DNA of 64,000 nucleotides. Source: Paraglomus brasilianum. Taxonomy: Eukaryota. The notes under the pieces are model-generated. The model was not told the DNA's origin and searched no databases. It was given only the letters and a program-made list of their open reading frames with translations. A program made the translations under genes and the position numbers. The DNA lies in NCBI GenBank assembly GCA_910592345.1, contig CAJVPI010000019.1:1-64000 (forward strand), written 5' to 3'. Positions 1 to 11,955 of the stretch are shown in pieces (position 1 is the first letter of the stretch; each line of letters opens with the position of its first letter).

Positions 1-77
1 TTGGAACCGAGCGTGTCGTTATATCGAGACCCACTTGTAATATACTTTGCTTATTTACTAAATCTAATAATACAACA
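1..77. repeat. Left arm of perfect inverted repeat (partner 2478-2554); runs to the window edge
   Basis: Positions 1-77 are the exact reverse complement of 2478-2554. Confidence 0.95.
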
Positions 78-299
78 ACCATAAACATATTTAAAGACAT
101 TATCCTCCAAACTCTTTTAACCATTGCAATATTTTGCGTAAACACATAATCTAATGCTAACATCACCACCGCCAAACAAAAGGATCTACGAACAACTCGT
201 CAGCTCCGCAAGCACAAACTTTCCCAAGATATCCCTGAAATCAAGCAAGGAAGAAGAGTCGCCCGACAAGAACCCTAAACGCGCAAGATCAGGACAACA

Positions 300-1515
300 G
301 CAGCACGCAACAAACAACACTTGGATGGGCTTGTCAAGATATGCCTATAATGCAGTTGTCCGCTGGAGTCGATATCCCCATTTCTATACCAAAAATTCGC
401 ATACTGGTCTGGTCCATCACGACGGGTTTGGATAAAATCTCAACCCATTGAAGATAAGCTTAAGCTTTACGCGGATGTTCGTATAGGAAAAGATGTTAAT
501 GAGCGTGAGGACAAGAGACTCCAAAGATCATGCGTATGGGTGAACGCAAATTCGTACGAACTGTCGTGTGTATTGGAATGCTCCTTCAAGGTACACACGG
601 CAAAGCGCCTGCAAACATTATTGACGAGGCGATTGATGAAGCATTAACTGCTAGGGACAAGATAATCAATCAAAATTTAGGATCAACCACGAATCAGCAA
701 AGAAGTTCTTTGCTGATAATTCGTGCGCAGAACTTTTCAAAATTCACGTGGAACGCGATTTGTAGCCGCTTCATTTCGAAAAAAAAAAGGCGTAATAATA
801 AATGGTCTGTTCCTTACAGATTGTAAGTTTACGTATATTCGCAAAAGTAACGAATGGAAATTTTTCATGGGTTTACGAGACGCAAAAACAACTCCGCGAA
901 ACCCAAGCGGATATTCATACAAAGTTTCCATCGACCCTGGCGTTCGTACACCCTTCTCCCACTAAAGGCATTCGCCTATGCAAGCATATGGACAATCTTC
1001 TTTCTATAAAGGACAAGCTGGCTGCCTCTAGTTCGAAACGTTTAAGAAGAAGAACTTGTCGCTTATATCTATGAACTAACTACTAAATCCATACTTCTAT
1101 GGTAATTAAAAAACAATGCCAAAGAAAAAAGTGACAGCAAAAGAAAGTCACCAACGATGGGGTAAATAATATCTCTAATATCATTCTACCAAACTATGTA
1201 GTAAATACCTTAAAACTAGGTGCTAACTTTCAACTTCCTTCTGTCCCTACTAAAAAGGAACAAGAAGAAATTTAGAACCAAACCCTCAGGCAACTCAAAG
1301 AATCAGTCCATAAAAAAGGGAAGAAACACTTCGAAAAGAACATACTTGATAAGGCAATCATTCGGATGCGACAAAAAATCAAACACCTGCAAAGCGAACT
1401 TCGTAAAAAGAGTCGCATTTTTTATTCGCGAATTCGATGCCATTATCATCCCTCCTTTTGAGGTGTCGAATATGGCAAATCGAAAAACAAGAAAGATAAC
1501 ACGAAAAACCGTCAC
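300..1515 (+). pseudogene. Fanzor/TnpB-like (IS200/IS605/IS607-superfamily) RNA-guided RuvC nuclease, frameshifted, interrupted and 3'-truncated
   Basis: Colinear fragments across frames: WMGLSRYAYN (N-terminal helix); APANIIDEAIDEALTA; DCKFTYIRKSNEWKF; RuvC-I VSIDPGVRTPF (Asp codon 933-935); IRLCKHMDNLLS; KAIIRMRQKIKHLQSEL (from 1351); RuvC-II FFIREFDAIIIPPFEVSNM (Glu codon 1460-1462); RKITRKTV. No zinc finger or RuvC-III follows. Confidence 0.8.
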
Positions 1516-1633
1516 TATAAATTTTCGCCAATATCAATTAATGATGTCCTCAAATGACATATTTTTTCTTTGTCTTTCTACGTCACTTGAATTTGCGTAG
1601 TACAGATGACGCTGCTTATACCGAACGTGGATA

Positions 1634-2122
1634 CAGTCGCACCTCGATATAGTCACGGCCTCGGGATACGAAAATTGAGTGACTATAACAAGGTATGACT
1701 ATATCGAATTCCCTTTATATAGTCACTCAATAGGCCTGTTACTAAATTGTGTGACTGTATGAAGGTAATATTATATGTATTATTATATCAATAATCATGC
1801 ATTAGTTAATTCACCCACAGTAACATATGTATCATAATTTCTTATTTATTATAAAAAAACTGCTTAATTGAAGTTTGTTTTTTTTAATATCAGGTCATGT
1901 CTAAGGAATTAACCCAAAAGACTGACCAATATGGAAAGGTTTCAATGTGATTTTGTGACTACTTCAAGGGCAAAGCGTATAATGATTATTGGTGTGACTG
2001 ACTATTAACCTAAATGGGACTATATAGAGGTAAATTTCATATAAAATGAATCGGTAAATTGCAAAGTGTGACTATATTGCAAATATGACTATATCGAGAG
2101 TGACTATATCGAGGTGCGACTG
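1634..2122. mobile_element. pogo/Tigger-type MITE nested in the 1603-2803 element
   Basis: Perfect 23-bp TIR cagtcgcacctcgatatagtcac / gtgactatatcgaggtgcgactg, TA target duplication (1632-1633, 2123-2124), repeated gtgactat subterminal motifs. Confidence 0.9.
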
Positions 2123-2477
2123 TATACCGAACTTTGGATATAACGAACCAGAATCGCCAGACCCGATTTTTTCTAATTAATAAATCTGGTTATTATTATA
2201 ACGAACTTTTACTAATAAATCTGTTTATAACGGATCCGAACTACCTTTCGAAATTTTCTATAACGAACTGTCACACGAAGCATAAAAGATCACGTGTAAC
2301 GTTATGCCAAAAAGGCAGAAGACTATTGGCGTAAAATTATTGATGAAATCTTGTTGTCTAGTCCTTACCAAGTTAATAATTTGGTAAGGTTAAATGAGGA
2401 AGTAAGAGTCCTGATATTGAGTAGCTTCATTATGCACAAGCAGTTGATAAAGTTTTTATTCTATTTTCGATTTTGAA

Positions 2478-2554
2478 TGTTGTATTATTAGATTTAGTAA
2501 ATAAGCAAAGTATATTACAAGTGGGTCTCGATATAACGACACGCTCGGTTCCAA
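2478..2554. repeat. Right arm of perfect 77-bp inverted repeat (partner 1-77)
   Basis: tgttgtattattagatt...gacacgctcggttccaa equals the reverse complement of 1-77. Confidence 0.95.
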
Positions 2555-2688
2555 TCCAAATGGTCACTATATCGAGAATGTCCTTATATCGAGAATTAAC
2601 TTACATACGACGACTAAGCAATATAAAATTTTCGTTCAGCAAGATTTCTGTCGTTGTAACGAGATGTCGTTATATAGCAGCGTGACTG
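2518..2688. mobile_element. Short degenerate pogo-like MITE
   Basis: Starts TA-caagtgggtctcgatataacgac and ends gtcgttatatagcagcgtgactg (imperfect TIR); internal tatatcgag repeats. Confidence 0.45.
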
Positions 2689-3530
2689 AATTTGTAAAAG
2701 GTGTTGTCACGTGACATATCGGAGCAAGCTCTGGTTATAACGAACTGGTTATAACGAACTAAAATCCTCCAGCCGGCCAGTTCGGTATAGACAGCGTCAA
2801 CTGTATACTAAATTTGCGGGTTTAGCTATATTTAGGGAACGAAATGAAGAGAATTTATCAGTGATCCACAAACCAGATTTAGACAAAGTTCTAGCGCTAG
2901 CGCTAGTGATAAACGAGCATTTAAGGACATACTACATAAAGTGCAGTCCAAACTTGCATGCCAACCAATAAATTTAAGAAATCTAATACTAAGTGATACG
3001 GAAGTAGATCGCCTATGACATGAAGTTTTATGTAACACAAATAACTGCAGGGATATAAATATGATACCGGAATTGGGATACTGGAATATTTGAGGGAAAT
3101 TTATACAGGTGAAATCCGTCCAGCATCAAGATCCGAGGGTGGGATATAAATGAAGGGGATACAAATGAGTAATGCCTACTATTGATATATTACAATCCAT
3201 CCCATCCGATACGTGACGCGTACGACTTTTATACAAAGTTCCTTAAAAAGCCCGCAAATTAATATGCCTTGCCTTTTTGGTTGCATGTTAAATTTCTAGT
3301 GCCACTAAACATTTCCTCGTGACGCAAATCGATATTTTTTTTTGATCAACAAACCGCCCATATCGCGTGATTCACTATTACTCTGCATTCTCATGTCTTT
3401 GCAGATAAACTACGCAAGACCCTTTTTCCCCATGTATTGTTATTATATCTCCTATTTATCTTTCTCCACTTGTCACAAAATTAATATTACCCTTTATAGT
3501 TTCTTCAGTAAAAACTTTCCTCGCTGAAAG

Positions 3531-5304
3531 ATGTCTGCGGTTACTTTTCATAGAATCCCAAGGTTACTGGCTCGCCATAACGGCTTAATCAGATCACCGC
3601 TACCACCTCGGTATCTATACTGTCCGGGATGTCATTATCCGTTTTCTTCGTTGCTTACAATGGCGAGTAGGAAAAAGGATGACAAACAGCAAACCTTATC
3701 AAAAGCACACAGTACAAACGCCAGCTCTGTGCAAGCAGAATCACTTTATCCACAAAGATCAGCCGTAACGTACGACGATTTCCCAGACGAAGTAGCGCTG
3801 TCTACATGTATGTGAAAACCAACTCTTTGCTGTCTCTTATCGCAACTGGTTCTCCTAATGATTTGAACACCAACTTGTTTCCCCTTGTCCTCAGTTGGTC
3901 CAATGTCTAGTTACAGGAATCTAGTGGCATCTGGGATGGCGAGAGAGGATGAATTCCAACGAGGCGTCGTCCAAATTCTTCATAATTTACACGACTGTCT
4001 ACAGACCTATGACCCGCCACTTATACCCATTGAAACGAATGCAGACGACAAGAATTCTATCTTATACAGGGTATTTGATACAATCTCATTATATTATCGG
4101 GACTTGTGGTATTTTTTACTTCATACTCAAGCATCATATGATTTGTCTAGGTATCCAAATTATTCTCAATACAACCGAATCTGTTTCCAGAAAATAGGCC
4201 CAAAGGAATATATTTGCATGGAGGGGTTGGAGCTGGAAAAACAATGTTAATGGATCTATTTTATAATACGCTTTCGACAAAAAGAAAGCGGCGAGTCCAT
4301 TTCCATCCCTTTATGTTGGACGTCCATGCACGCATACATAACTTAAAGCAAATGAATTCAGAGACTTACGATCCACTACCATCAATTGCAACCGATTTAG
4401 CAAACGAATCGATAGTTCTCTGCCTGGACGAGTTCCAAGTCACCGACATAGCAGACGCAATGATTCTCCGACGTTTGCTCAAAAAGCTTTTCGATCGTGG
4501 TGTCGTCTTGGTCACAACTTCAAATCGTCCTCCAGACGATCTCTATAAAAATGGCATTCAACGAAAGTCCTTCCTTCCGTGTATAGATCTCATCAAAGAA
4601 TGTTGTCATGTACAAAATCTCGACTCGGGTACCGACTATCGGAAACTCACCAAAAATCGGATGAAATTATACTTTACGCCATTAGGAGAACAGTCAACAA
4701 GCGAGATCGAAGAGCTTTTTTCTATGCTGACTATCGGAAGGGAAGTTGAACAGCATAAACTGGATTTCTGGGGACGGTCTTTGATCGTGCCTCAGGCAGT
4801 GGGAGTTGTAGCAAAGTTTACTTTCGATGAGTTATGTAAGATGCCTTTGAGTGCGGCGGATTATTTAGAGTTGGTGAGACATTACAAGACAATATTTGTA
4901 ACTGATATCCCGAGGATGACTTTGGCTATGAGAAATGAAGCAAGGAGATTCATTACATTTATTGATGCAATTTATGATACGAGAGTATGTATTGTCGTTT
5001 AACGTTTTTTTTATAAGTTATTTTACAAATCATTAACAAAAGTCATATATTATAGACGACGCTCATATGCTCAGCTGAAGTACCAATCACCGAGCTCTTT
5101 ACGACTGAAGAAGACTCGAATCCTCTCGAGGACCATCATAGAACTCTAATGGACGATCTGGATCTTCATGGCCCTGAACACAAGGCCAACCCAATATTCA
5201 CGGGCGAAGAGGAGATATTTGCTTTCGAAAGAGCAGTATCGAGGGTCATTGAGATGCAGGGAGTAAACTGGGTCAGACCCACTTTACGAGGATTTGATTT
5301 ATGA
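3531..5304 (+). CDS. AFG1: AFG1/LACE1/ZapE-family mitochondrial AAA+ ATPase (4 exons: ~3531-3807, 3895-4070, 4151-4985, 5056-5304)
   Basis: [22 protein letters not shown] (Walker A), [25 protein letters not shown] (Walker B), [45 protein letters not shown]. Basic N-terminus resembles a presequence; GT-AG introns join the frames. Confidence 0.93.
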
Positions 5305-5660
5305 AGCATACTTCTATAGTATGGAACAATATATCGTTGTTGTAATGAGCTATATAATATAATAATACATAGTAATAGAGGAAAAGCTGTTAAAAATGCG
5401 AATGGCATGACATTGAAACTGTATTTATATCAAATTCGCACTTTAGAGACATTATCAATCAGCTCCATCATTTGTCCTTGTATGCCAGCTCATTAGTTGT
5501 AAATTACTAAACTCTTTTTCTCTTTTCATTTAGAAATAAATAGTTATGCATTTTTATTTACAGTACAGATAAACGTTGTCCCAATAAATACTCGACAAAC
5601 ACAAGCTATTTTACATTTTGAATCGAAATTAACTTCTATAATAACCAATGCTTGTTATGA

Positions 5661-8597
5661 CTAATTACCAGTGAATAATCTGAAGAGAAGATACAACATC
5701 GATCCAATGAATCTGAAAAAGGCTAGTGCAGCTACGCTCCAAAGTATAATAGCCATGTAAATATTGCTCCTCTGTTCTTCCGTTAGAATTTTGGAGAGCG
5801 TTTCACTAGTACTTGTAAGAATACCAACTAAAGCGCCGTTGGTGACTATCCAGGCCAATACTACACGAGTACGGAAATTTTTATAATAGTCTTCTTGTTT
5901 TTCAGAGGCACTTCTGTGTTTGGGTTCTTCTGCGACTTTTGTCTTGATCGTATCGACCGCCTCTTGATAGAGGACGTTCAGATCCTTCTCTTCAGCGACC
6001 TCTATTTCTACCGTGCCTTTACCTGGAGCTGCTTGTGCAGTCCCCAAATCATGTTTAGGAGGGGCGGTGTCACCTTTTGTTCCCCAACTAGGAAAAGCGA
6101 TAAATAGAAATGAGTAACGAGTAAATATGACGGGTTTTTGAACCCAGATTTCAGTTATGCATTTTCTTTTAGTACATACCTGACATCGTGCGTATTACAG
6201 AAAGCATAAACGTTGAGAATGTTCACATAGAATGGCACCATTAACAAGTATTGTGCCAAACAAGTAAACATGTGCCATGGCTCGAAGAACAGGAAACTGG
6301 CAATGAGCCACAAACCATATGTAGACGAAAGTGAAAGGATGACGTTACGGAATGTTGGATTACCCAGTATTGCATTTGCAGTTGAAACGTTGGCACCAGT
6401 AAGTTCGCCAAAGGTTTCGTTTTTCGCGGCATTAACGGCCTTGACTGTGATCCAGACCGCAGCAAACATCATGTATGCCATGAGGAAAGCAAAGAACACC
6501 ATGGCAGTTATATAAGCCCATTTGAAACTAACATTGGTAATAATGTGATTGGTATTCGAATAAAAATAAAATTCATGTCAAATTCAACTCGCTCAACATG
6601 CAACTGCATCATCGACTTACCCTTGAGGTCTGTTGCCCAAAGCCAGGACGAAGGATGCAATAAGAAGTGATATGTAAAGCCATCTTAGAATCGTGAATAT
6701 CACGTCGCCAACCGATGGATCCCACAATCCTTGAGCTGTCTGAGGATCCGTTAGAGAATTGCCCAAGATGTAGAATGTCAAGTAAAAATTACCCTATCAT
6801 TCATGATAAAGATACGTTTAGTAAAAGTTAAAAGATAGAGGTCTAAGCAACGCCAGTCTGCCAAAAAATTCTTTTTCTTACCAAACCGAACCAAGAAAAG
6901 ATCAAGTTGAATGCTTGATAAACCATTTCAACGCACAACAAAAATTTTCTAATGGACGTATGATCGCTCCTGAAAATGGCAAGCGTGCTTGCAATAGCAT
7001 AAACGCCCGCAAAGAAACTTCCATTCAGCCACCTCCTTCTCTGGCTAATCAATTCCGGCACTTGATCGGGCACGTCAGTTACAGCGTAAGAACTCTTCAC
7101 GTAATGCAACAACCACGAGGCTTCCCTCTTGGCCACCAATTCGAAACACAGAATTCTGTCTTCAGCCAAGTACATGTTGGCCGTGAATATATCTGCATCT
7201 CCGCCATGTTGCTTCTCACCCAGGAAATACTGCTTGAGTGGACCGTTTCCGTTCTTATCGTTCTGCAGGGCAATGTATCGATAAGCAGAGAAAGCACCAG
7301 GAAGCACAGTGATGTAGCCAAAGACAGATTCAAGCGGTTTATCGAGAATATTAGACATTTTGTATTCAAAATTTTGTGTTGCAACAAGAGGGTTAAGCAG
7401 ATTTAAACCTTCTGTCAAAGCAACAATTTCTCCACACGCTCCTGCTATGTGGGAATTAATATCAAATGCCTTCCACAGATGATAGATGCTGGTACTTCCT
7501 GGCTTGGTTCCCACGTCCAAAAGTACACAAACGTTCGGATTCAACACTTGCCCAAAAGCGTTGAAAAACCATCTGTGACTATTGATCTTTTTTGCATTCT
7601 TTTCCTTCAAACAGAACAATACTTGCACTGGTACTATTCCCTTATCAAAACCTCGGATATTCATGTCGGAATCGATCGAGATCTGGGTAGTATATTCGTA
7701 GATATGGGCAGTGACTTCGCGTCCGTTTACGGCATTCTTAGCAATCCCCTCCTGGTATACTCCGACAGCAGCCAAATATGCAAGCGTACGTTTGTTGATC
7801 TTCGTACGACCGTCGGATACGATGCAAACCACGACTTTTTTCCAACCGTCTTTGCCCCACATACGTGACCTATCTCGGGTACAGAGATGGGCAACGTTTT
7901 TGACTACGCCATGGAACGTGCGGGCAAAGAGAACTTCGTCTTCCTATTTTTATAGAAATGTGAAACGTGTGAAATAAAAGGTGGGGAATGTACAATCGAG
8001 ATCTTGTTTCTGCGCCATTCACGTGACGAAATCGAATTTTTAACTTACATTGTACATGGTTAGCACGATGAACAATTCCGTTCGTCTATCGTACAACTGC
8101 TGCCTGAGCTTATAATTCTCCTTCCCAAAGTCGTTTGGATCACAAGTAGCACCCGTATATCTTAGATGCGTGAATTCTTCTTCCTTTTGCCTGGGGCATA
8201 TTTTCAATAAATCGGATGCTATTGGTTGATCTAAAACCAAATTACCCGCAGTCAATTGAATTTTCCTCTTGGTAGTCTTGTATCGTCTTGGTTGTACACG
8301 CGGAGCTTCACCATAATGTCGCTGTGGTTGGGGGTCGTCAGCAAAGGCGACCGATGGCTTTGATGTTTGAGTAGTTAGGAGAGGTTCTGATGCGGGATCC
8401 GTGTTTAAAAACGATGATTCCGTGCCATGAGTAGGTGGATAAGCGGAAGGTTGAGGTGGCGGATAAGATGACTGAGTGGGAGGGTAGGAGGTAGCGTATT
8501 CAGCTGCTGTATATTCTGTCGTAGCTGTTGGCATTTGAGGAGGATAACCTCCTTGGTCCGAGCCTCCTTGGTTTGAACCTCCCGGATAGTATGACAT
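5661..8597 (-). CDS. CHS: Chitin synthase, division 1 (class I/II-like), 5 exons
   Basis: [104 protein letters not shown]. Introns at approximately 7944-8048, 6794-6881, 6528-6620 and 6088-6179. Confidence 0.96.
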
Positions 8598-9869
8598 TTG
8601 GAGAGTTGGTCTGTGGAGTTAGAGGAAGCGCGATGGATACGTAATGCAATAATATTAATCGGCAACTATATAAACAATAGCTAATCGCTATGTGCCGGGC
8701 CTTGCAAAGTTAACGCGATATATAATCGAAGCGAGGAAAAAAAGTGAATTTTTCTGCTCGTGAGACGGTCTTGAATTTTTTGTCAACCTTAATATATCGA
8801 AAAAGCCTCCGATGGGAGGCTGAGTGTGACGGACACAAAGGAGGGGGCTTGGGTTACGATTGTCGCCTTTTGACTAAGCCACGAAGGGGGAGATACTAAT
8901 GGGGCGTGATGATTTGATGGGCGGAGTATGGTGAACGAAAATCCGCTTTGCAAAGCAAAGCTTAACGTTGAACATGCAAGCTTAGCAAGGAGGGGCGCAT
9001 ACGAGCGAAGAGAAGAGTCTCTCATGTGGGGTTTGGGCTTATCTGACTGCGTCTTTACAGGTAATTTCCTGCCTCATGGTTTTCATTATTTCCTTTACTT
9101 GGCAGTGGCGCATTTCTTGGGTGAGAAGACAATTTTTGCGCTTTTGACCATTGTCGTTCCCAAAATAACCACAAAGTGTGTATTGTTAGAACATGTGATA
9201 TTAATATTTGCACTATCTGGTGAATCAAAACTGCGGATAGTATAGGTGATACGACTGACAGCGGCAAAAAGTGAACGGGTGGTTATATTAATATTTGTCA
9301 TTCCCAACACGATTCCTATGTTTACAATCTTCATCTTGATTATTGGTATTTTTAGACCGTTATCTTTTCATGTCAGCGTTTATGTTATCATTTATGGTTG
9401 TGTTATCTTTTATGTTATTTCCTTTTGTCTTGGCGCACAAGAATACAATAATAATAATAACAAACTTTAAGGATTTGTTTATTCAAAAGCGACAAGGAAT
9501 TTATACTAAATTTGACTGTACATACATGTGAACTATACCAGGTAGGTTCGATAACGGATGTGTCACCTGTATCATAATGCATTGACAGTTATTATCTCAG
9601 ACATCTGAATGATGCATGCCTTGTGTGATATGTTACATGTTTGATAGGCCACCGCTGCAAATGTGATTAGTACCTCATTCGCTAATCGTTATCGGGACAA
9701 GTCAATTTGATATGGCCGATTGTGTATATTTAACCAGTACGATTTTCTAGCAATTATTGCTGAAACTTATCCGCTTTGACACCCTATAAAAAGGCACAAT
9801 CAAATAGCAACAGAGTTTGTCTCTTATAAATTTTTGACATACTGTCCCAGGCTTGAAGACGGTCTTAAC

Positions 9870-11656
9870 ATGTTCCGCTGGTTAGGAGAGTTCCTACATA
9901 ACGATAGCTACTCGGCCATCGCCGGCTATATCTCCATTGCTTGTTGGTTCGTCGTATTACTACCGTAAGTCATGAAAAAGAGAGAGAGAGAGAGAGAAAA
10001 GAGAGAAAAGAGAGAAAAGAGAAACATAGAGGGGATACCTTGTTCACCAAGATACTAATACTAATACTTGATTATTATTATCCCACTTAACAAAGACAAC
10101 TATGGGCTATCTATAAAACCAAATCAAGCGACTCGGTATCGATTACCTTTGTATGTCTATGGCTTGCTGGCGACCTTCTCAACTTGGCCGGGAGTGTCCT
10201 CCAACATTTACTTTTCACCATGGTAAGTAATTAGTTAGTCCCATCCTGCTGCGCTTGACAACGTATTACGGTTAAACGTTCAAGTCTCTTCTCCGCGTGA
10301 AATCATACCTAAAGAGTACGTTTAGAATAAACCACTTAATTGGAATATTCGACTAAGGGGATCGTAGATCACGTAGAAGAACATTCGTATTTATATTTTT
10401 AGCTGATCATCGTAGTACAACTATGGGTATATTAAATCATAGTGGTACTGTGGAGGGAAATCCTGAAAGAATATGGGACTGTATTTTAAGGGAATGAGTG
10501 TGTGGAGAAATTCTGGTAACGGTCGGATCGGAAGCATTGAAATTTCGGCTCATTTATTTAGTCATAATTGCGTCAATGCTTCTATTTAGGTTTTAATAGA
10601 ATCACATGCATATTCATATTATCGTTTATCGCATACATATGCATGGGTACTGCCACGCATACCTATATCCTATTTACGTCGAGTTGAATATGCATTGACG
10701 CTTATTCGGGTCAATTTAAATAGAATAAATGATAATATGAATATGAATTAATATTGCGACAGCAATATAATTACACGCTCCCGCACAATGGCTTTTGTTT
10801 TTCTCACAAGTTACCCTCCACTTGGTTCTTTTTAGATAATCCTTGCAGTCTATTACTGCATTTCCGATCTGGTTCTCTTCTGCCAGCTGCTTTACTACCG
10901 CAACAATTCATATGCCGCCGAACGAACACCCCTCCTTGGTGAGGCTCCACCTCCCCGGCGTACTTCCTATCTATCAACTATCCTTAAAGTTCTCTGTCTG
11001 ACCGTCATTGCTTGCGCCTTTGGGGCTTTGCTATGCTATTTTATCGAGAACAAGATACAGCATGAAAGTGACCACAGTACACATGAAAAAAGAGATAAAG
11101 CCCTAGAGTTCTTGTGGTTGCCGCAAGTGTTAGGATGGGGAAGTGCTTTCCTTTATTGTGAGTATATCAAGCCTTGACATTATATGGAATTTGTTTCTAG
11201 TAACGTCATATGAATTTCCTGCTGAACGTTTTTCATTCTTTTGTCATTGTAGTGGGATCACGTATACCCCAGATATTTTTGAATTTCTGCAACAAGTCTT
11301 GCGAAGGTTTATCGTTGGCTATGTTCGGCTTCAGTGTATTAGGGAATGTGGCTTATGTTCTGGTGAGAATGAATGAATCAATGAGATTATTTAGCTCGTG
11401 TATTCTGTGCTAATCCCTTTCGTCTCGGTTTCCACAGTCTGTCCTTTTCCATTCAACCGACCCAACATATCTGCTTATAAATCTTTCGTGGTTAGTGGGC
11501 AGTGGAGGCACTCTAACTTTCGACTTCATAGTAAGTAAACAATGAACGTCTTTATTCTCTTCATTGAACCGTGATCATGTCTAACGAATTACCATTCTTT
11601 ATTAGATATTCTTCCAATTCTACATATATAGCAAGGAATGGGCGGCCGAAATTTGA
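9870..11656 (+). CDS. PQ-loop vacuolar/lysosomal amino-acid transporter (Ypq/PQLC2-like), 6 exons
   Basis: Spliced translation GYISIACWFVVLLP|QLWAIYKTKSSDSVSITFVCLWLAGDLLNLAG...; second loop GSRIPQIFLNFCNKSCEGLS...GNVAY; WLVGSGGTLTFDFI|IFFQFYIY. Exons ~9870-9964, 10097-10222, 10836-11157, 11253-11362, 11438-11530, 11606-11656. Confidence 0.88.
9978..10022. repeat. (GA)n / GAGAAAA microsatellite in PQ-loop intron 1
   Basis: agagagagagagagagaaaagagagaaaagagagaaaaga. Confidence 0.9.
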
Positions 11657-11955
11657 TAGATAAATTTGTGCATTATTATCGCCAATACTTGGAAAGAGAA
11701 TAGATTTCTTCATAAAACCTACAAAATAATAATTTAATCGATGGATTTTTTTAGGTTACACATCCTCCTAATAATTAATGTACACAAACTGCGGTACGTA
11801 GTAAACAAAGCGCTGCGGATTAATCAGTAGAATTGCTAATTGAAATTAAAGAGATCTATTGGTTAATGTAGTTTTCTACGAACATGCTTAAATAAACAAG
11901 CCCTGCTAATTCACAATGATAATAAGCTCATTATTCTCGTATAATAATCGATTCA

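Larger units (their letters stand above)
1603..2803. mobile_element. Non-autonomous pogo/Tc1-mariner-type element (outer host of nested MITEs)
   Basis: TA|cagatgacgctgcttataccgaac ... gttcggtatagacagcgtcaactg|TA: 24-bp TIR with 3 mismatches and TA on both sides; many internal (t)ataacgaac subterminal motifs. Confidence 0.75.

Noticed and set aside
1516..1602. Fanzor omegaRNA / right element end
   Set aside because: Protein homology stops before the zinc finger and RuvC-III, so the true 3' end appears lost; no structure can be supported here.
8789..9531. Several overlapping 60-105-aa ORFs between chitin synthase and the PQ-loop gene
   Set aside because: No recognisable motifs; more likely a divergent promoter/UTR region.
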